DNA of 24,000 nucleotides, taken from Verrucomicrobiales bacterium. Lineage in GTDB: Bacteria; Verrucomicrobiota; Verrucomicrobiia; Verrucomicrobiales; DEV007. The stretch is taken from positions 1 through 24,000 of the forward strand of contig DUBC01000038.1 of the NCBI GenBank assembly GCA_012960505.1. The letters run 5' to 3'. The notes beneath the pieces were generated by a model. The model saw nothing but the letters and a program-made list of their open reading frames with translations, searched no databases and was not told the DNA's origin. The position numbers and the translations under genes are program-made. Of the stretch, positions 7,429 to 15,757 are shown in pieces (the stretch's first letter is position 1; every line of letters starts with the position of its first letter).

Positions 7429-8205
7429 ATGCACATTCATTTGATTCAGACGGATATTATTTGGGAGCGTCCTACTGAAAATAGAGATTCTCTAGAGAAA
7501 ATGTTTGGAGAATTAAATCCAATAGCTGGTGACATTATAGTCCTACCTGAAATGTATGCTACCGGGTTCAGCATGAACACTGCCCTTAGTGAAGAAAAAA
7601 AGCAAACAGACGCACCAAACACATCTTACCTAATACGTAAATCCAAAGAATTTCAATGTTGCGTAATAGGTGGTATAGCAATCCAAAGTAAAAACCTATT
7701 TCACAATGAGTCCGTCGCTGCATTTCCGAACGGGGAACTTGTAAGATATCAAAAAAATAACCTCTTCCCATTGGCAAATGAAAATCAAACCTATACAGCC
7801 GGTAAGGAACTAACGACCTTTGAATGGAATTCATGGATCATCGGTATGTCCATATGCTATGACCTTAGATTTCCTGAACTATATCGAGGACTTACCGCCA
7901 AAGGAGCTAATCTAATGATTAACATTGCGAACTGGCCAGTAGACAGAATTGATCATTGGGTAACCTTACTAAAAGCAAGAGCCATAGAAAATCAGAGTTA
8001 CATTGTCGGTGTAAACCGTACCGGCGCCGATCCTAACAGTAATTACAATGGAAGAAGCATGGCCATTGATCCCATGGGGAGCATTATTCTGGATGCAGGT
8101 GAACAGCATGGTGTATTTAGTACCACTATAGAAATCGGAAAAGTATCTTCATGGAGAAATAATTTTCCAGCACTTAAAAGCATACAAAACTCGAGCTATA
8201 TTTAA
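7429..8205 (+). CDS. Carbon-nitrogen hydrolase family protein (YafV/omega-amidase-like)
   Basis: The Glu-Lys-Cys triad context of the nitrilase superfamily is present: IVLPEMYATGF, RYQKNNLFP, MSICYDLRFPELYR, plus ARAIENQSYIVGVNRTG. The track starts at a TTG at 7414. The in-frame ATG at 7429 (MHIHLIQ) is the more likely start. Confidence 0.85.
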   Translation: MHIHLIQTDIIWERPTENRDSLEKMFGELNPIAGDIIVLPEMYATGFSMNTALSEEKKQTDAPNTSYLIRKSKEFQCCVIGGIAIQSKNLFHNESVAAFPNGELVRYQKNNLFPLANENQTYTAGKELTTFEWNSWIIGMSICYDLRFPELYRGLTAKGANLMINIANWPVDRIDHWVTLLKARAIENQSYIVGVNRTGADPNSNYNGRSMAIDPMGSIILDAGEQHGVFSTTIEIGKVSSWRNNFPALKSIQNSSYI

Positions 8206-8232
8206 TAATATTCTGTCCTTAATCCATTAATA

Positions 8233-8946
8233 ATGCATCAAAAAATACCAAATGGCATTATAGAAGGTGAGGTAGTAGTCCTAGCCTTTGAAGTTGATCC
8301 AATTAAAGAAAGTTGGACAGATTATGCGAATTCTCTTCCAAGAAATGAAATAGATAGGGCCAGAGAATTTCATTATCCACAGGACAAACTACGCTTCACC
8401 AAATGCAGAAGCATACTCAGAAATACACTGTCAAAATGGTTAAATGATAACACAAAAGAACTAAATATTGCCCTTGAGACAAATGGAAAACCATACCTGA
8501 AGGAAAATCCAGAAATACAATTTAACATCTCACACACTGAAGGCTTCGCAGGAATCGCTTTCTGCATGGAATATGGAGTTGGTATCGACGTAGAGAACAC
8601 CGCTAGAGCCACTGATATCGATCAAGTCGCGAAAAAAGTTTTTACTGAAAGTGAACAAGTAATTATAAATGCAGAAACTACCCCTGATAAAAGGAAAATG
8701 TTTTTTCGTCTCTGGACGGCAAAAGAAGCTTTCCTTAAAAATACCGGCCTCGGACTCACTCTCGATCCTAAAAAAGTTGAATCCAATCTTCCAACGGAAA
8801 ATAAAAAATATGGCACCTTTGAATGCTCCCAAGTAAAGAACTCTTCTGGTTTACGATTCGTCGAAATATCATGCCCAGAGCCATACATCATGACGTTGAG
8901 CGCATCTGAAGAATCATTAGGTGAAATCAGTGTTTTTCCTCTCTAG
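8233..8946 (+). CDS. 4'-phosphopantetheinyl transferase, Sfp/EntD type
   Basis: PPTase motifs are present: FNISHTEGFAGIAF, GVGIDVE and FFRLWTAKEAFLKNTGLGL. Confidence 0.85.
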   Translation: MHQKIPNGIIEGEVVVLAFEVDPIKESWTDYANSLPRNEIDRAREFHYPQDKLRFTKCRSILRNTLSKWLNDNTKELNIALETNGKPYLKENPEIQFNISHTEGFAGIAFCMEYGVGIDVENTARATDIDQVAKKVFTESEQVIINAETTPDKRKMFFRLWTAKEAFLKNTGLGLTLDPKKVESNLPTENKKYGTFECSQVKNSSGLRFVEISCPEPYIMTLSASEESLGEISVFPL

Positions 8947-8961
8947 GTCTAAACTTTCTAA

Positions 8962-9069
8962 TTAAATGCCTTCAGGAATAAATTTGGAATTCCCACTAGC
9001 GTCTAAAATCGATATGCTTTTATACTTTTTGGCAATAATTTCATTTCCATCAAGAAAGATATCAATCAT
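8962..9069 (-). CDS. Unlisted small ORF (35 aa), speculative
   Basis: My manual translation gives MIDIFLDGNEIIAKKYKSISILDASGNSKFIPEGI followed by a stop. It is below the track's size cut-off and I recognise no family. Confidence 0.15.
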   Translation of the reverse strand: MIDIFLDGNEIIAKKYKSISILDASGNSKFIPEGI

Positions 9070-9103
9070 TTGGTTCGGTTTTATTGATGTTTTAGAAAAA
9101 TTC

Positions 9104-9265
9104 CTACGTGCGTGCTTTTACTTCGATAGATAGAAGCTCCACTTGTCCTGAATTAATGCCGAGAAGCCCTAACACCCAATCGACAAGCCTATCTGTAAAA
9201 TTATCTATTAGAATAAATAAGCTGAAAAATATAGTAAAAATAATTCCGAAAAATATGTAAACCAT
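9104..9265 (-). CDS. Unlisted small ORF (53 aa), possible single-pass membrane peptide, speculative
   Basis: My manual translation gives MVYIFFGIIFTIFFSLFILIDNFTDRLVDWVLGLLGINSGQVELLSIEVKART followed by a stop. It starts 30 nt downstream of the HAD gene stop on the same strand and has a strongly hydrophobic N-terminus. Confidence 0.25.
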   Translation of the reverse strand: MVYIFFGIIFTIFFSLFILIDNFTDRLVDWVLGLLGINSGQVELLSIEVKART

Positions 9266-9295
9266 TACGATTAAATCTAGTCAAAATTTATTCGA

Positions 9296-9958
9296 TTAAG
9301 AAATATTTCTAATAACCTCTAAGATCTCATTAGGGTTACTGATAATGTGATTGGCTCCAGCCTCTCTAAGCTCTTCCTCCTCTCGGAAACCCCATAACAC
9401 ACCGATCGTTGTCATCCCAGCTGCGCCCCCAGTAAGAATATCGACATTAGTATCACCAACAAAAACAACATTACTCGGATCTACTTTCATCTTATTGCAT
9501 ATTTCAATAGCGGCATCAGGTGATGGTTTTTTTTCTACTCCTTCTCTTTGCCCTAATACAACTTCAAAGTGTTCATTGCCAATTAGGCTTTCCACGCACA
9601 TTTCAGTGAAATGATGAGGTTTATTAGACAGAACAGAGGATATAATACTGCGAGCTTTTAAATCAGCCAAGCATTCCATAATACCTTCATATGGCCTACT
9701 TTTGTTGTTCCAGTTTTTGGTATAGGCTTCCCCGTAATCTTTTAAAACTTCTTCAATTAAATATTCATCATTGAGGCATTCATCAGGTAACGATCTTTTG
9801 ATTAAATTCTCCATGCCATCGCCAATGAAAAAACAATACTCCGCATAAGAATGTGTCGGGTACCCTCTTGCAACCAGAACCTCATTTACAGAATCCCCCA
9901 AATCCTCAATCGTGTCCAAGAGGGTTCCATCCAGATCAAATACAACTAATTTAATCAA
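9296..9958 (-). CDS. HAD-superfamily hydrolase, phosphoglycolate phosphatase-like
   Basis: HAD motif I is VVFDLDGTLLDT. Motif II is SVLSNK. Motifs III/IV are K...FVGDTNVDILTGGAAGM. Confidence 0.85.
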   Translation of the reverse strand: MIKLVVFDLDGTLLDTIEDLGDSVNEVLVARGYPTHSYAEYCFFIGDGMENLIKRSLPDECLNDEYLIEEVLKDYGEAYTKNWNNKSRPYEGIMECLADLKARSIISSVLSNKPHHFTEMCVESLIGNEHFEVVLGQREGVEKKPSPDAAIEICNKMKVDPSNVVFVGDTNVDILTGGAAGMTTIGVLWGFREEEELREAGANHIISNPNEILEVIRNIS

Positions 9959-10014
9959 TCGTACTTAGAGAAATAAATTATTAATCGATTTTAGAAATAA
10001 CCAGAGGGTCTGGA

Positions 10015-12147
10015 TTATTTAATATCCTTAACCTCAAAGTGCCAATCTGTCCTCCACCGGTTCTCCTTATAGCGCCTGTAATCAAATGCTTTAATCCCAG
10101 CAGCAAAAGAAAGAGCCTTTCGAACAGAATTGGCAATTTCAATGAACTCATCACCTTGGGGTATAACAAATAGGTTAAAAGAATTCGCGATGATCTCATT
10201 ATTCTCTTCAACTAATGTTAGCCAGTCCCCAGCGAACTGCGTCAATGAATCAAATCTGACTTTCATTACCAGACCTGTAATTTTTTCTTCGTTAGGCTCA
10301 ACAATACTGGCCGCTATTTCTTCAGTAAATTTTTTGGAAGTACTCAAGAAAAACATCTCATCACTAATTGAAAGTGAGGGAAGGAAATCATTACTAACAA
10401 AAGGAAGCCCCATAAAATGAGTTGTTACATTCTTACCCTCACTGGACAATGAGTCAGGTAATTGAAATTCCTGACCCGGCTCCTGCCCTGGAACGACCGC
10501 CACAATTTCATTAATTGCCGGAACCAACTCATCCCAAGCTTCACTTAGGAGTTTACGATTTTTTACAGAATTAAAGACAGCAATTCTAGGTAATTTACCA
10601 TTCTTAATGAGTTCTGCCGGAAAACCAGGAACCTTTGGCATACTGCCATTAAGATCCACGACAATACCGCCCTCAGACCCAAGGCCATTGGCTACTTTGT
10701 TTTTCATGATTCCCCACAACTTAAGAATTTTCGGTGTAAGCATCTGGTCAAACATTGCAAACATTTGTCCTACATCTTCGTCACCTTGAATTTTTACAGC
10801 TGATGATCCGATAATATGAAGCAATTCTGCTATCGTTTCAGTAATCTCAATACCTGATGTGCGATACTTTGGATCCTCAGCTGCATTCAATAAAAAGAAT
10901 GCATCTTTAGGAGCATTCGGCGCCAATTTAAGAGATGAACTGGAATCTATTCTTGCAGCACTGTAACCTCCAACAGAAGCCCATTTTAATCCATTCTCAC
11001 GATACAAAACTCCCGCAGTCGAATCTATTGAGATATCTGCCATTTTCGTAATCTGAGTGCCAAACTTCTTCATGAGAGGTACCGCTTTAGTTAAATCAAT
11101 CCCTCCCTCTTTCATTGATTCAATTAATTTTACAGCTGAATCACTCATCGCCTTAAAGCTGTCCTTGGCATAAAAAGCCGTAAGGGCTGATTCCGATAAA
11201 TAATTATATGCCAAAATTTTCTTCTCCCCATAGCCCTTAGCAAATTCAAAATCAGATACGGCTAACAATGAATCCTCCTCGCTCTTAGAGAATTTGATAT
11301 GCTTATGGTCTGGACCAATTCCCACTATCACATACTCGTCAATAGATCCGAATGAGAATTCAACTTTTTTGGTATCAATTATCTTTTCCAATTTTGCAGC
11401 TAAATCCTCATCTCCAATTGCTTCGCGCATCTGCTCTCGGGCGCTATCATCAAAAACGTCCTTAGCCGCAACACTCCAAGACCTGAACTTCTGATCCCCC
11501 AGAACCTTAAACTCGGAAGTGAGGACAAATGGTGGCAAGTCAGCTTCTAGGGCAGATAATTGATTAACTAACTGCGCTGACATCCCTTTGCCCACCTTGG
11601 CTCCCGCTATAAATGAAGGTAACTGTAACTCCTCCATTAATTTTGCATTCTTACCTTCATCGGCTGATAGAATCTCCTTCAGAAGATCTCTCAGAAACTC
11701 CTCAGGATCAGGTTCATCAGCCCCGCCCAAACCAAAAGCAGAAAGCATCTGAGGACCAGCAACCTTTAATAAGACTTTATTATAAGCATTATTTATCTCA
11801 TTCAATTTTTCTAAATGTTCCGCTGTTCCATTACCAAAACTAAAGAAAGCATCCTCACCCACAAAATCCATTGCTGAACCCCAAGGCTCGGCCACTTCAC
11901 TCAAATCAAATCCTGATTCCAACTCAAATAATTCGATGAGTTTTTTCCACGTATTACTTTTACCAACCTCTTGTGTGAATTGCTCAAGATTGCGGAGTCC
12001 GAAAATTATCTCAGTGTCTTGAGGCATCCTTGAAACAAAACCGAATGGGGTTTTTTCTTTTGCGTCTTCCTGCGAATAGACAAAAGCTTGCCCAAACAAA
12101 TTAAGACAAATTACGGCTAATAAGGTTTTTACAATTTTATAGTTCAT
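10015..12147 (-). CDS. Hypothetical secreted protein, 710 aa, no recognisable domain
   Basis: This is a long uninterrupted ORF with signal peptide MNYKIVKTLLAVICLNLFGQAFVYSQ. It is acidic and Lys/Glu-rich, with no catalytic or repeat motif that I can name. Confidence 0.8.
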   Translation of the reverse strand: MNYKIVKTLLAVICLNLFGQAFVYSQEDAKEKTPFGFVSRMPQDTEIIFGLRNLEQFTQEVGKSNTWKKLIELFELESGFDLSEVAEPWGSAMDFVGEDAFFSFGNGTAEHLEKLNEINNAYNKVLLKVAGPQMLSAFGLGGADEPDPEEFLRDLLKEILSADEGKNAKLMEELQLPSFIAGAKVGKGMSAQLVNQLSALEADLPPFVLTSEFKVLGDQKFRSWSVAAKDVFDDSAREQMREAIGDEDLAAKLEKIIDTKKVEFSFGSIDEYVIVGIGPDHKHIKFSKSEEDSLLAVSDFEFAKGYGEKKILAYNYLSESALTAFYAKDSFKAMSDSAVKLIESMKEGGIDLTKAVPLMKKFGTQITKMADISIDSTAGVLYRENGLKWASVGGYSAARIDSSSSLKLAPNAPKDAFFLLNAAEDPKYRTSGIEITETIAELLHIIGSSAVKIQGDEDVGQMFAMFDQMLTPKILKLWGIMKNKVANGLGSEGGIVVDLNGSMPKVPGFPAELIKNGKLPRIAVFNSVKNRKLLSEAWDELVPAINEIVAVVPGQEPGQEFQLPDSLSSEGKNVTTHFMGLPFVSNDFLPSLSISDEMFFLSTSKKFTEEIAASIVEPNEEKITGLVMKVRFDSLTQFAGDWLTLVEENNEIIANSFNLFVIPQGDEFIEIANSVRKALSFAAGIKAFDYRRYKENRWRTDWHFEVKDIK

Positions 12148-12445
12148 TTTAATGCGTTTATTTAATTCCTCTCTGATTGGAGATATTTACATTTTTTTTT
12201 AGGCTAACTCTTAGTTTTTTCACTCCATATCGTCAAATTGACTTTTAGTCATTATTACCCCCGAAATGGGGCTAGGTCTTATTGACTAAAATCCACTAAG
12301 ATAATTAAGAGATGTTAAATAAAACCAACCCCAATCTAATTGTCTCATAGTAAGCAAATCGGCATATAATTCCATTATAATAATTTCTTCAATTTATAAT
12401 GGGGAGCCTTTATTAGTGTTAAAGACAACCAATAAAATTACTAAT

Positions 12446-13149
12446 TTATTTACCCTCAGCTTCTAACTCTTTACTTGTCTTGACCCCACTTTTTCGAAGC
12501 TTCTCGCCCGTTTTGTTTCGTTCATATTTAAGTGCCACATCTAGTGGAGTCTGATCCCTTGAATTTTTGACATTCACTTTGGCTCCAGCGGCAATTAACA
12601 AATCACATATCTGAGAAACATTTTCTTCCCTAATCGACCGCGATACAGCGTGCAGAGCGGTTTCTCGTGCTTCCCAATCATTAACTAAGCCCGGACTTAA
12701 ATCCCTACAACTCACATTAACATTCGCACCCTTTTCTATTAACACTTTAACAAGATCTCGATACATCTCAAATGTTTTAGGGGGAGCAAATGACGTAGAT
12801 CGTGCTGCAGAATTAAGTATGGTATCAGGCCCTCCGAACAAACCTATGGCATTAACATTCGCACCAGCTTCGATAAGTAAAATTGCTGTTTCTCGGTTAC
12901 TTACAGAATGTAATGGAGTTTCTTTACAATCGCAGGTTGCCTTCACATTAGCCCCCCTATCAATTAAAAGTTTAACGATTCCACGATGACTTCCTTTCAA
13001 ATCGGCACTGACAGCATGGTGCAGTGCAGTCCATCCAGGTTCATCTTTTGAATTAATAAAAGCTCCATCATCTAATTGCTTTTTTATAGCCTCAATGTCT
13101 CCCTTTGAAACAGCAGAACAAGTGGCAAGAACAGCAACATATTTTTCAT
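12446..13149 (-). CDS. Ankyrin-repeat protein, about 5 repeats, probably exported. The N-terminus is disrupted by an apparent 1-nt frameshift.
   Basis: Ankyrin motifs are present (GWTALHHAV, GIVKLLIDRGANV, ETPLHSV, AILLIEAGANVN, ETALHAV, DLLIAAGAKVNVKN, QTPLDVA). The ankyrin frame is open from 13150 but has no ATG, GTG or TTG before the TTG at 13000, which lies in the middle of a repeat. The only upstream ATG (13149-13147) is in another frame and is followed by an A5 run. Confidence 0.75.
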
Positions 13150-13180
13150 ATCAAAATATTTTTAATAAAAGAAATATTAA

Positions 13181-14587
13181 TCATTCCGTTAATATTGGAA
13201 CAGACTTACGCTTACCGTCATACCAATTAATATTCCTTGTCAGGTACATAATAGCAGCGATGACAACAAAAAGTCCTATTGATCCAATAAGTAACGCATA
13301 GTCCTGACTCCTTAATAGAACATAGAGATATCCATACAAGACAATGGCTATCAATCCTACAATAGAAGCCTTCACTGAGCTTTTAAGAATGACCAAAGAA
13401 TATGAACTTATTAAAGTAACCACTGCTACGCTAGCTGTTATATAAGCAGCAACAAATCCTATGTGTTCAGCCAATGATAGTTCGAGTAAATAAAAAACAC
13501 ACATCCCTGCACCAAGTAGCAGGTATTGAAGGGGATGTATACGAGATCCAGTCAGGATTTCAAATAGCCATAAAGTAATAAATGTCAGCATTAAAAATAG
13601 AGGGGCATATTTAACACTTCGAAAACCCATCCGATAATTATCAATAGGCACTAAGAATTTAACGCCAAAGAATGAAGCCCTAATAACTTCATTTAGATTA
13701 GAACCAGTCTTCCACTTTTGAGGATAATTACGACCAAGATAAGGCACATTCCATGTTGCGCTGAACCCGTCAATCCCTACCTCATGACTCCTTGGAAGCC
13801 AATTACCTACAAAACTTGGATCTGGCCAATCAGATTTCAAATCAATTTCAGTTTCATGCCCATAGGGTGTGAAAAAAAGACTGTCACTACCATTCAATTG
13901 AATAGGAAAAGAAAATTCAAATAATTCGCCCTCTAGATAACTTCCAAGAAGCGCATGAATTCCAGGACTCCCATGATTCGAACTGAAAGCTTGGGCAGTA
14001 GAACCTGGCCTGAAATTAATTTTTTCGCTACCCCAATCAAGAACACTTTGTTTAGTAATGCCTTTCGAATCCGAGATCCCTAATGACAAGTATGCTCGAT
14101 CCCAAAGTATATCTTCCGAACTAATTCCCCATGACGAAAAATCAGGTTTGGAAAACTCACCACTAATTGTTGCAGAAAAATCATACAAAGGGACTTGAAA
14201 AATTCCTCTTTTCCTTAAATCATTGGAACTGCTCCCGTCAATTTTAAGTTTTTCAGGTAAAAAAGTGGCATGTCGAGTCTCGGTAGTAGTAAAATTTTCA
14301 ACACGATCACCGGATGTTCTTTTCTCTACTTTGTGATGCGAATAAGGAACTGTAATCCATGGTCCCATTATAGCTTGATCACCTCCCCAGCTACTCGTGA
14401 CATCTCTGAATGCTTCATCTTTTGTCTGCTCTCGTTCACGGATCACTCCATTAATCATCAGAATTGGAATTTGCAAAATGAGGATTAAAAATCCTATAAA
14501 AAGAGTCCTTAGAAACAGGGATTTTTTTATGGATTCCATCACAGGTGATAACCAATCATTTATTTTATTTTGATGTGAGTTGCTCAT
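13181..14587 (-). CDS. creD: Cell envelope integrity / inner membrane protein CreD family
   Basis: The sequence is similar to my recollection of E. coli CreD. Examples: N-terminal LILQIPILMINGVIREREQ, SDWPDPSFVGNWLP (E. coli SNWPHPSFLGDFLP), and RIHPLQYLLLGAGMCVFYLLELSLAEHIGF (E. coli RLHPMQYLLVGLSLVMFYLLLLALSEHTGF). Confidence 0.85.
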   Translation of the reverse strand: MSNSHQNKINDWLSPVMESIKKSLFLRTLFIGFLILILQIPILMINGVIREREQTKDEAFRDVTSSWGGDQAIMGPWITVPYSHHKVEKRTSGDRVENFTTTETRHATFLPEKLKIDGSSSNDLRKRGIFQVPLYDFSATISGEFSKPDFSSWGISSEDILWDRAYLSLGISDSKGITKQSVLDWGSEKINFRPGSTAQAFSSNHGSPGIHALLGSYLEGELFEFSFPIQLNGSDSLFFTPYGHETEIDLKSDWPDPSFVGNWLPRSHEVGIDGFSATWNVPYLGRNYPQKWKTGSNLNEVIRASFFGVKFLVPIDNYRMGFRSVKYAPLFLMLTFITLWLFEILTGSRIHPLQYLLLGAGMCVFYLLELSLAEHIGFVAAYITASVAVVTLISSYSLVILKSSVKASIVGLIAIVLYGYLYVLLRSQDYALLIGSIGLFVVIAAIMYLTRNINWYDGKRKSVPILTE

Positions 14588-14730
14588 GTTTTATTTTGGC
14601 TTTTTTTACTTAAATCCGTAGAAGTTAATACGTTGACTTTCTCTATTACCTTTCAGATTCGTGTTATTTTATTTTTTATTGGCTAAATAACTGACTGAGC
14701 AGATTAAGCATTTACAATTACCTACGTTTT

Positions 14731-14749
14731 TACTTTGTATGACAAAGTA
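14731..14749. promoter_or_regulatory. Palindrome TACTTTG-TATGA-CAAAGTA, candidate operator (copy 1)
   Basis: This is a perfect 7-5-7 inverted repeat in the 243-bp gap upstream of creD. The extended match to copy 2 is TTACTTTGT-N4-CAAAGTATA. Confidence 0.4.
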
Positions 14750-14765
14750 TATTAGGTCAAGCCAT

Positions 14766-14784
14766 TACTTTGTGAGGCAAAGTA
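14766..14784. promoter_or_regulatory. Palindrome TACTTTG-TGAGG-CAAAGTA, candidate operator (copy 2)
   Basis: This is a second perfect 7-5-7 inverted repeat with identical arms, 35 bp from copy 1 centre to centre. A TTGACC hexamer on the minus strand (14760-14755) lies between the two copies. Confidence 0.4.
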
Positions 14785-14830
14785 TAATTAAAAACAGCTT
14801 AAAATATTCAAAAAATTGTCTAAGCAATCA

Positions 14831-15757
14831 TCAACTAATACATTTTTTTTTAATGGAACCTCGTGACCTGATCCAGAACCGGATTAACCCGTGAGTAGGG
14901 CTAAAGATCCAAGCCATAACAAAAAACATCATTCCACAAACGACCGTAGAAGGCGCGGTAGGAATTTTAAAGGCGACAGCTAAATGAACTCCCCCAATGG
15001 CACTCATAAAGGAATGCATAAGGCTAAATAACATCATCATCCAAAGCCTATCCGTTAAAAGATATGATGTAGCCGCTGGAAGGATTAACATCGCAATTAC
15101 CAAAATCGCCCCAACTGATGAAAATGCCGACACAACAACAACGGACAACATACACATCAAAAGATAATGAACTAGCCTAGGGCTAATTCCTATTGTTGCT
15201 GCCAAATTTGGATCAAAGGAACTTACAAGTAATTCCTTATAGAATAAAATAATCAAGCCTCCAACAATGAGAACGATCATGCCCATCGTCAAAGCCACTC
15301 CAGGCAATCCCATGATGATTTTTTCTTTTGAAGATAAGAAATCAAGTTTTCCAAAGAGAACACAATCTAAATCCAAATCAGTATGACTACCATGCAAGGA
15401 TATAAGGATTACGCCAATAGCAAACATTGTTGAAAAAGTAATTCCAATAGCAGCATCCTGTTTGATTCGAGTTCGAGAATGCAAGATCTCAATGATTAAT
15501 GTTGTCATAACTCCAGCCACCAAAGCGCCGATGAACATTGGAACCTCCGACTTTGAGTTAGTTAGAATAAATGCAATAGCTATGCCAGGAAGTACACTGT
15601 GACTAATAGCATCTCCGATCAAGGAAATGCGCCTTAAGACGAGATAATTACCAACTAGTCCACATGCTGCGGTAACAAAAAAAGCCATCGCTAATATAGG
15701 CCAATATGTCGAAGCATGTCTTTCCCAGGGCTCTATAAATATTTGATAAAACCTCAT
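14831..15757 (-). CDS. Metal ABC transporter permease (ABC-3 family, TroD/YtgD/MntD-like)
   Basis: This is a polytopic membrane protein with the ABC-3 signature region LIGDAISHSVLPGIAIAF. It is a paralogue of the upstream permease. Its ATG overlaps the upstream stop (ATGA). Confidence 0.9.
   Translation of the reverse strand: MRFYQIFIEPWERHASTYWPILAMAFFVTAACGLVGNYLVLRRISLIGDAISHSVLPGIAIAFILTNSKSEVPMFIGALVAGVMTTLIIEILHSRTRIKQDAAIGITFSTMFAIGVILISLHGSHTDLDLDCVLFGKLDFLSSKEKIIMGLPGVALTMGMIVLIVGGLIILFYKELLVSSFDPNLAATIGISPRLVHYLLMCMLSVVVVSAFSSVGAILVIAMLILPAATSYLLTDRLWMMMLFSLMHSFMSAIGGVHLAVAFKIPTAPSTVVCGMMFFVMAWIFSPTHGLIRFWIRSRGSIKKKCIS

Noticed and set aside
12258-12402. Short hairpins in the gap downstream of the ankyrin gene (CCCC-GAAAT-GGGG at 12258-12271; CCATTATAA/TTATAATGG at 12372-12402). 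I also scanned the 298-bp gap for a structured ncRNA.
   Set aside because: The stems are either very short or AU-only with a 13-nt loop, and no U-tract follows. I could find no match to common ncRNA signatures (SRP, 6S, tmRNA, RNase P, Mn riboswitch) by eye.
14783-14788. Perfect TATAAT hexamer on the plus strand at the end of palindrome copy 2
   Set aside because: It points into the 3' end of a minus-strand gene, and no plus-strand ORF or RNA candidate lies downstream. In AT-rich intergenic DNA such hexamers occur by chance. An antisense promoter cannot be excluded but is unsupported.
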